Of a DNA stretch of 44,589 nucleotides, positions 37,139 through 44,589 are shown in pieces; within the stretch, counting starts at the first letter, position 1; every line of letters begins with the position of its first letter. The position numbers and the translations under genes are program-made. Source of the DNA: Intoshia linei (lineage: Eukaryota > Animalia > Orthonectida); contig LWCA01000171.1 in assembly GCA_001642005.1 (NCBI GenBank), positions 1 to 44,589 of the forward strand, given 5' to 3'. Under the pieces are notes generated by a model, which worked only from the letters and a program-made list of their open reading frames with translations, searched no databases and was not told the origin of the DNA.

Positions 37139-40100
37139 TTAACGACGATACCAACGGTTGATTAGTCTTTGTCTTTTTATTTTTCTTTGTAGTTGTAATA
37201 CTCCATAAAGCAAAGCTTCAGCGGTAGGAGGACACCCTAAATAGATTTTTAAAAAAAATAATTATAATAATACATAAATTACACGGTGCAACACTGAAAA
37301 ATTTTATAATGTTAAAATATATATCATTATAATCTTCTCAGTTCAGAGAGCAGGTCGTTTTTTTCAGATTTTTTCGAGATTAGTCTTGAAAAGTTATTTC
37401 ACTTTTAAAATTCTAGATATTTACATGACTGCTTTAACCAAATGAACTTATTTTGCGTTAATAATTGAAAATGATATGAAATTTTCACAATTTTTGTGGT
37501 TGTCTCTGTAAAACAGGGGTCGACAACTTTTGGCATTTCGTGGGCCACTTTTTTATATCAAAAAATTATATGGACCCCGTTTTTGAAAATTTACATATGA
37601 TAGATTTTAATTTTAACTAAAGAGACACATTTCTAGTATATTCAACATAATAATATTCAGGGCGATTTGAAAATTCAGTGTTAAAATGATTCTGCAATAT
37701 ACTATATATATAATATATTCTATAATGAGCCAATTATAGTAGAAAATAAATAATAATAAATAATTATATATTTTAATAACTTGCAAATAAATAACTTATA
37801 TATCTACTCAAAGGTTCACCAAAATTATTCTGTGGATCACTGGATGCCGATCCCTGCTGTAAAACATTAATATATATTTATATTAATTGATTAATATAAA
37901 ATGTTGATAAAATATAACAATATTCCAGCGATTTGTTTGTTATTTGAATGTTGATCCGTCATTATTTTAATTTTTTTCAGATTAGAGATCAGAGAGCAAA
38001 GAATTGTGAAAAATATAAAAATTATAATAACAAAGTTGTATTACTTTTAGTTTTGTTGGTGTAGTTTAACTTGATTAATTTAAAACAAAATGTTTTGAAA
38101 ATGAGAATTTGAAATTTAAAAATTGCGTAGCAATCAAAAAAATTCCAAATGAATGAATTATATAGATTTTCACCCATATTTCTTTATTGGAAATGTGTAG
38201 ACGTTCAATACATATTTTTTTGAAATTGTAGGATGAATATTTAAATTTTCAATTTTTGATTTTAATCGAAATATTTGAAAAATATTGGTTGATAATATAT
38301 TAAAAGTATTTTTCACCCGGGAATGCGTAGATTTCTCATGTTGAAATTTTGTATTTATATCAACTGGAATAAGCTATATCAAAATAATCTTTTTTTTAAT
38401 TTATTTTTTTTCGTTAATTATTTCACATTTTTTGTTTTAAAAAATAATTCGGAAAAAACATATATAAATACTAAAATACTTCTTTAACCGTGAAGTCGTC
38501 ACTTATTCGGATTGAAATTTTTTGTATGTGTTAACAGGATACAACTGTACCGTTTGTACATTTTTTTAAATTCTAGGGCTGTTTTCATATAAAGAAAAAA
38601 GGGTAATTTAGGGTTTTGACCCTGAAGATATAATTTTTTTAAATTTAAATTTATGACAATGTTGATGATTTTAAGATCCGTATCAGCGTATATATTTTTA
38701 TAAATTCTTCAATTCGTTTGATTTTCTAAAAAAGGACAATTGGAGTTTTTGATCCGTAGGATGTGGGTTTGGGAGGTTGAAATTTATCTTATTATATGTC
38801 TCTGTAATGTTATGGAAAAAACTATAATTAAAATGTGGACTTTATAAAATTCTAAGACTGGTAGTTATTGAAATAAAGTGGAAGACACAAACAAATATTG
38901 CATAACATTATAAAGAAAGGATGAGTTTAACGATCTGTAAAAATATTATTATATTGTAATATTATATATCATTCTAATCATTATAGTGAGTAGATCAATA
39001 ATAAATTAAAATTATTCGGTTATTTCGAAAAATATTTCATTTTGTTGCACCGTGTTATCGTATCTCATATTAAACAAAATCATCAGTTGATATTTTGTGC
39101 TTTAACGGTTTTAATAATCCCTCAATATTTAAAAATTTAAAGTGAAAAAAAGTTACATCTAAAAATTATAATAATTAAAAACCTGGAACATAAATATCTA
39201 CTGGAATAATTCTATCACAGCCTCTCAAAACCGAATAAGAATAATGATAATATCCGCCGCCATTAGCGCAACTACCCATTGATATAACCCATTTCGGATC
39301 TGGCATTTGATCATAAATCTAATATAAAATGTACTATAATTAATTGAAAAATATTATGTACAGTTCTAAGGTAAGGTGCCATTTTATTAGTTACAGTTCC
39401 GGCTACAATAATACAATCTGCTTGTCTGGGGCTAGCCTAAAATTAAGAAAATGTAGAAAAAAAAAATAGTGTACTCTAAAAACAACTCCAAATCGGTCCA
39501 TATCATATCGGCTACCTAAATATAATTTGAAATAGCAATAAAATTTAATAATAATCAATATTACCTGCGAAATGCATCATTTCTACTGCACAACAAGCTA
39601 AACCAAACGTTAGGGGCCATAACGAAGACTAAACGTAAAATATATCAATATACAATGAGGACCACATCATATTTTTAATAATACGCATAAAATGTAAAAA
39701 ATAATATACATTTGTATTTCCATTGATAACAATTTTTTTTGGGGAAATGCGATAATTTTATAACGTTAGCAACAATTTAGAGACACTAGGAAAAAAATTC
39801 AATATATTTACTACAAAAAGCTAAAAAAAATGTTTATAACTAAATTTGTTAGTAAAAAAAGTAAAATTTGTTAAATTAAATACCTTTCGGCAATAATTGA
39901 TCAAATCATCGATGCGAGCAACAGCGTAATCGACTGGGGCGCTTTTTACATCAGTGTCGTATTTTAAATAAGAATTTCTGGGAAGATTGGAAGGAGGACT
40001 GTAATCTGTGGGTGCATTAATATCAGATTTACCTTTATCAACTAAATTTTTTTCGTCGGATTTATCAAATCGTGAAGTCAAATTGTAGCAAGTTTTTGAA

Positions 40101-40330
40101 TATTGTCTAAAAGCATAAAATTACTATAAACAAATAGATAAGTATCATAATAATTCATCTCTCAAAATGGAGACCGGTGATGGGCCTGAAATATCCAAAA
40201 ATTTTCAAATTTTGTAATATTATAAACTAGAATCTACTTATATATAATATATAATAAAATACCTTAAACCAGTATTGGTTAGATTCAACTTTGAAAAATA
40301 ATGAATGAAATTTCGACTACACTTTAACAT
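37139..40330 (-). CDS. NDUFS7: NADH:ubiquinone oxidoreductase Fe-S subunit 7 (PSST), mitochondrial, seven coding exons
   Basis: Targeting-peptide-like exon 1 (40330-40263), ...[108 protein letters not shown] (39318-39183), [19 protein letters not shown] (37236-37139). Confidence 0.97.
37514..37856. mobile_element. hAT MITE nested in the NDUFS7 intron
   Basis: Ends CAGGGGTCGACAAC / GATGCCGATCCCTG; perfect 8-bp TSD CTGTAAAA (37506-37513, 37857-37864). Confidence 0.87.
38150..38921 (-). repeat. 5' portion of the Helitron-like family nested in the NDUFS7 intron
   Basis: On - begins A|TCCTTTCTTTATAATG..TTTGTTTGTGT; highly similar to 11075-11454. Confidence 0.75.
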
Positions 40331-40414
40331 TTTGTTAAAATAAAAATGTAAAGTTCGTATTAATTTGTTTGTTCTCAAATATAGTTGTTATAGTCTGCCA
40401 TATTATAAAAAAGG

Positions 40415-42613
40415 ATGCTAAACTCATTCAACACGTCTATGGTTTAATTTTTTTAAATTTTTATTAATTTGTCAATAATATTATAATACCTAGGATGGTC
40501 AAATGGGAACATTAATCCCGCTTTTGGCGACAGCGTACTATTTGTGAAATTTTATTTAATTTAATTTTTAAAGATCAAAAAAAGAACGTCAAAAATATTT
40601 GGATCAACTCGACAAAAAATTTACACAAAGCGATGAAAAATTGGAAAATTTAATTAGACAACACCAGAAACAATTAAATTCTTTATCAAATATATTTTCG
40701 TCAGTTTCAAGCAATATTAAAGGTACATATTTATACATTGTAAATTTTAATCACATTCAGAAAGTAAGGAGAAATTGGTTTTGATTAGAAATAGTTTGAA
40801 TTCGTCAAAAAATTTATTATCTTGCAAGCGCAGACAAATTCGAGATTATTGGACAAAAAGTGTTCGAGAAAAATATACAATCGAGTATCTCAAAAAAATG
40901 TAAGTTAAATGTTAATTTTTTTATAATTTTTACATTTTTTACATTGTCATAGGGAAAGTGTAAATGAAACTTTGGCTGATTTTAAATATTTAACCAAAAA
41001 CAATCGCATCTATGAAGCTGTAAATAGAATTAAATTGTCTTGTAATTTTAAGTTTAACATTTTATTTTATTTACATTTACATTGTTAGTTAAATTATTTT
41101 GTCAATTTTTAAATTTTTATTTTATAAATTTAGTGAGTTATCTTGAAAATGATTTTGCAGATTTTAATGCATTGTCTGTTGTTAAAATCACAATTCAATC
41201 AACAATAATGGTGACATAATTTTTTAATACTTTTTTTATTTTATTGTTAGGATTCCATTAACGAATATAAAAAAATATTGATTGATATTATTTATGAAAA
41301 AAATATCAATTTTTCCAAGGAGAATGTACGTCGTTCTACTTTTGTTACCGGTAATTTTCTTTTAATAATGGTGAGTAAAAGGGAAAATTTTTTGTCATAT
41401 TGTGTTTCCAGAGTTAAATCTAGTTATAAGGAAAAGTATGACAGTATGATTTAGTAAGGATTCCGTATTTATATAAAGTAAAACTTGCTATTCGTCTATA
41501 TCACTGGTTAGCGATTGGAGGTTTCTGGACTCCTTGGAAGTCCAAAACTGTATATTTGAGGGTCTGTGAGATTCAAATAAAATATAAAAAAAATTTTATC
41601 TACTTTTATTTATTTTTATAGGAGAATTGTTAATATTTATTACAGCGTTGCTAAATGTTGGAATTTATCCCAAATCTTAGATCAGGGGGCACAACCTGCG
41701 ACCGTGGCAATTAATGTGATCATTATAGAATATATCATTTTATGTTAAATTGAAAAATTTACATCGGATTTTATTCAAGGGCAATTTAAAATATTTTAAT
41801 CAAAAAGTTACAGTTTATAAACCTATGCATATTGTGCAATGCACAATGGCCATCTTTCTAACATAAGTTAATTTAAATTGTGTGGTTACTTTATTGTGCA
41901 ATGAAATATACCATTTTCCGTCAAATTGAAAAAATTTAAAGTTTAAAAAGTGTAAATCACATTTTATTCAAGGGCAATTTAAAATATTTTTATCAAAAAG
42001 TTCATTTTTGACTTTACCCACTTTCTCAAAGTGAATTTAAATTGTGCGGCCGTATTATCAATGAGTAAAGTAGCTTTGAGGCTGAATTGGTGGAGAGGTT
42101 GTGCACCCCTGTCCTAGACGATAGCTATATTATTATTTCATAAATCCCACTTATATTTCACCTTTAATAACATTTAATAAAAATTAACATTTCAATCACT
42201 CAGTGAAAAATCAACTTTTACCTTTTTTTTTTTCAAAAATCCACTTAATCAAACCACAAAATAAAAAATAATTTTTTTTCAAAATTTTTGTAACTATAAA
42301 TTATAATATATAAATTTTTTTTTGAAAAAGATCCACAAGGGATATATTCGCCAACATTGAGAACCAATAGCCAATATACTATTATATATATATTTAATGT
42401 ATATTAGAGTCTATTAAAATGTATATAATTGTATGTTGTGATTGTTTTAAATTAGCCGATTTATCAAAAATTCAATCGAAAGACTCTGTAATACGAAACT
42501 TAAAAGATTTGAGCAATGATTTTTTACCCTTATTAGCAGAAAATCCTCTGGATTTTATACATTTACATTTATACGCTTTGTGGACACTTGATGGACTTGA
42601 CCATTTTATCAAT
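40415..42613 (+). CDS. EXOC4: Exocyst complex component 4 (Sec8), N-terminal exons; gene continues beyond the window
   Basis: Spliced peptide ERQKYLDQLDKKFTQSDEKLENLIRQH...ESKEKLVLIRNSLNSSKNLLSCKRRQIRDYW follows the Sec8 N-terminal pattern (..LL.CKR...R..W); last supported exon 42456-42613 (LAENPLDFIHLHLYAL). Confidence 0.8.
41683..42111. mobile_element. hAT MITE in an EXOC4 intron
   Basis: TIRs CAGGGGGCACAACCT / AGGTTGTGCACCCCTG; degenerate TSD TCTTAGAT / TCCTAGAC; internal direct repeat ATTTTATTCAAGGGCAATTTAAAATATTTT. Confidence 0.8.
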
Positions 42614-43161
42614 GTATATTTATTGTTTATGAATTATATATTAAAGTAGAGTCGAATCTATCGAAGCGAGATCATCGGCTAAGAGGTCAACGAAATTTTT
42701 GTAAAATTGGGACTTTATTTTTTCAAAATAAGCGTTTTAAAAAATTACTTTTTTAATACAGGCTAATTCCTCGTAAACGGAATAATTGGTACTGAAAAAA
42801 ATCTTATTGCGTTAACGAGGAATTTTTTATAAATAATTTATACATTAAAAAGGTGGTTCCCTGTTGGGCTCCGAAATTATATGCCTGGATCCTTGAGATT
42901 TTAAAATATAGAAAAATTTTGACTAAATTTTGTTTATTTTTACAGGAGAATTTTTAGTATTTATTATAGTTATACATGTTGATTATCGTAAAGTCTAGAC
43001 AACCGCTACATTATTTTTTCAAAAACCCACTTGTATCGGCCTTTAATAAAATTTAATAAAAATACCATTTCAGCCCTAGGGAAAAATTGATTTTTACCTA
43101 TATTTTTTGGATAAATTATGAAAAAAATCCACTTAATCAATTCACAAAATAAACTTTTTAA

Positions 43162-43750
43162 CCCTTTGGCGGTTTTGCTAGTTTCAAGAATTATTCCAAT
43201 AAAATAGTAAAACTTAAACACGCATTCACAACAAAATTACAGCCAATTACATTAAAGTGTCACAATAATGCATTATCATTGTATATACGTTGAGTTCATT
43301 GTACTTATAAAAAATCTGTCAGATTTTTAATTAAATTTGTACTTTAACTTTAAATTTTTACTAAATTTTTATTTATGTACTGTAATTTTTTTTAAAATTT
43401 TCGAAAAAAAGTTTCAATTAATAATCAAATAATTATAATTATGAAAATTTTTGTTGTACAGAGTTGAATAACATGTAAAACAAAAATGGTTTAGTAACAA
43501 TTATAATTGTTATATGATCAAAGTGTCAAATGTCACGTAACATTTTATACAAATAATCAGTTTATTATAAATTAAATTTTATTATTAAATCTCTTGCACG
43601 CATTCACAGAAATAAAATTAGATAGCTCTATTTTATGTTCGTATACAAACATTTCAAATTTAGATAGCTCCATTTTATGTTTGTATACAAACATTTCAAA
43701 CTTTTAATGGTGTCATTTTTGTTTGTATACATGTAAATTACGCCAAAGGG
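43162..43750. mobile_element. piggyBac-like MITE
   Basis: TTAA|CCCTTTGGCG ... CGCCAAAGGG|TTAA; internal ~42-bp tandem duplication at ~43618-43700. Confidence 0.8.
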
Positions 43751-43958
43751 TTAAACTTTAACGGAATTTTTTTGGATTTTTTTTAAAGTGGAGCTTCTAC
43801 TGTTCGTCTATTCCAGTGGCCACCAAACTTTTTAACATGGGGGCTGGAATAATAAAAATAAATCCGTGGGCCAGATGAAAAATATACATGGTGGATTTTA
43901 AAATTAATGAATTAGTAAGTTTATCATGATCTAGAAATGACAAGTCGATAGTATATAC

Positions 43959-44589
43959 CAGGGCTGGCCAACTTGATTTTTTAGAGATCGACTTTATATT
44001 TTTTGAAATATTAGCGATCGACTATGCTGAAATTTAATAAGTAATAGGACATTATCATATAAATTAAAAAATTTTATTATATAAATTAAATACACTTCAT
44101 ATTTAAAAAAATCCAAATGTTTCGTTGCATTACTAAAATATTTATATTAATTAATAATTAGTTAAAATATTTACTTTTAATCATTAATAAGATGGTTGTA
44201 TTTTTGTATCATTTACTAGTTTATTAAAATGAGGAGTGTAATTTGACAAGGATAATTTGATTAAATTTTCCAAGTTTTTATTATTAAGGGACGATCGATT
44301 TTTCGATTTTATTGAGTTCATTACAGAAAACGCTGATTCGCATAAGTATGTCGAACCGAAACATGATTGAACATATTCTGAACACATCCTACTTATATTG
44401 TATTTCTCTTTGGATAAATATTTCCAGAAATCGTTATCCTTAGAATGAGCCCTTAAAAATAAATCAGATTTCAATGATACAATTTTCAATTCTGTTTCAT
44501 CGCAATCAAAATCAAATAACTGATTTTTTTTAATGTAACTTGTATTTAAGTCAGATTTGAAAGGATTAATTAAATATTCTAATATGTCT
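43959..44589 (-). mobile_element. hAT (Buster/SPIN, GTF2IRD2-like) transposon, 3' end, extends past the window
   Basis: ORF 44184..44489 FGSTYLCESAFSVMNSIKSKNRSSL...LENLIKL (hAT dimerization domain); terminus CAGGGCTGGCCAAC at 43959 preceded by GTATATAC (central TA). Confidence 0.9.

Larger units (their letters stand above)
37282..39054. mobile_element. CAC-terminated MITE with 3-bp TTA TSD (Chapaev/CACTA-like) filling the last NDUFS7 intron
   Basis: TIRs CACGGTGCAACA / TGTTGCACCGTG with TTA on both sides (37279-37281, 39055-39057); superfamily assignment inferred from CAC termini and TWA TSD. Confidence 0.7.

Noticed and set aside
40107-40262. Intronic snoRNA in NDUFS7 intron 1 (locally higher GC)
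   Set aside because: No clear C/D or H/ACA box arrangement seen; an Infernal/Rfam search would be needed.
42650-42690. Next EXOC4 exon after 42613
   Set aside because: The in-phase reading hits TAA after 10 codons with no donor before it, so the gene more likely resumes beyond the window.
1-44589. Alternative genetic code or stop-codon readthrough
   Set aside because: Conserved genes translate cleanly with the standard code once introns are removed; in-frame stops are confined to TE relics.

Overview
Very AT-rich eukaryotic (metazoan) genomic DNA, not prokaryotic. Genes have many tiny GT-AG introns (about 35-50 nt) plus a few kilobase introns filled with transposons, a style consistent with a reduced invertebrate parasite such as an orthonectid (inference only). 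Left to right: a decayed Ty3/gypsy LTR retrotransposon (-); REXO1-like RNA exonuclease (+); a decayed pogo/Tigger element (-); TTC39 (+); cohesin STAG/SA (+); a GKAP/DLGAP-domain gene (-); hAT remnants; a three-exon RPL41 gene that the ORF track misses (-); two intronless orphan ORFs, one with a signal peptide, separated by a Foldback/Mutator-like element; a non-autonomous Helitron-like element carrying a nested pogo; NDUFS7 (-) head-to-head with EXOC4/Sec8 (+); and a hAT transposase fragment running off the right edge. Many MITEs have resolvable TIRs and TSDs (hAT 8 bp, Mutator-like 9 bp, piggyBac-like TTAA, Chapaev-like TTA). Most notable: a possible tRNA-independent self-priming structure in the retroelement, an apparently uncharacterised Helitron-like family, two different hAT MITEs inserted at the same site of one host repeat, inverted repeats bracketing a TTC39 exon, and a secreted orphan in a TE-rich island. 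All calls were made by eye, without database searches.
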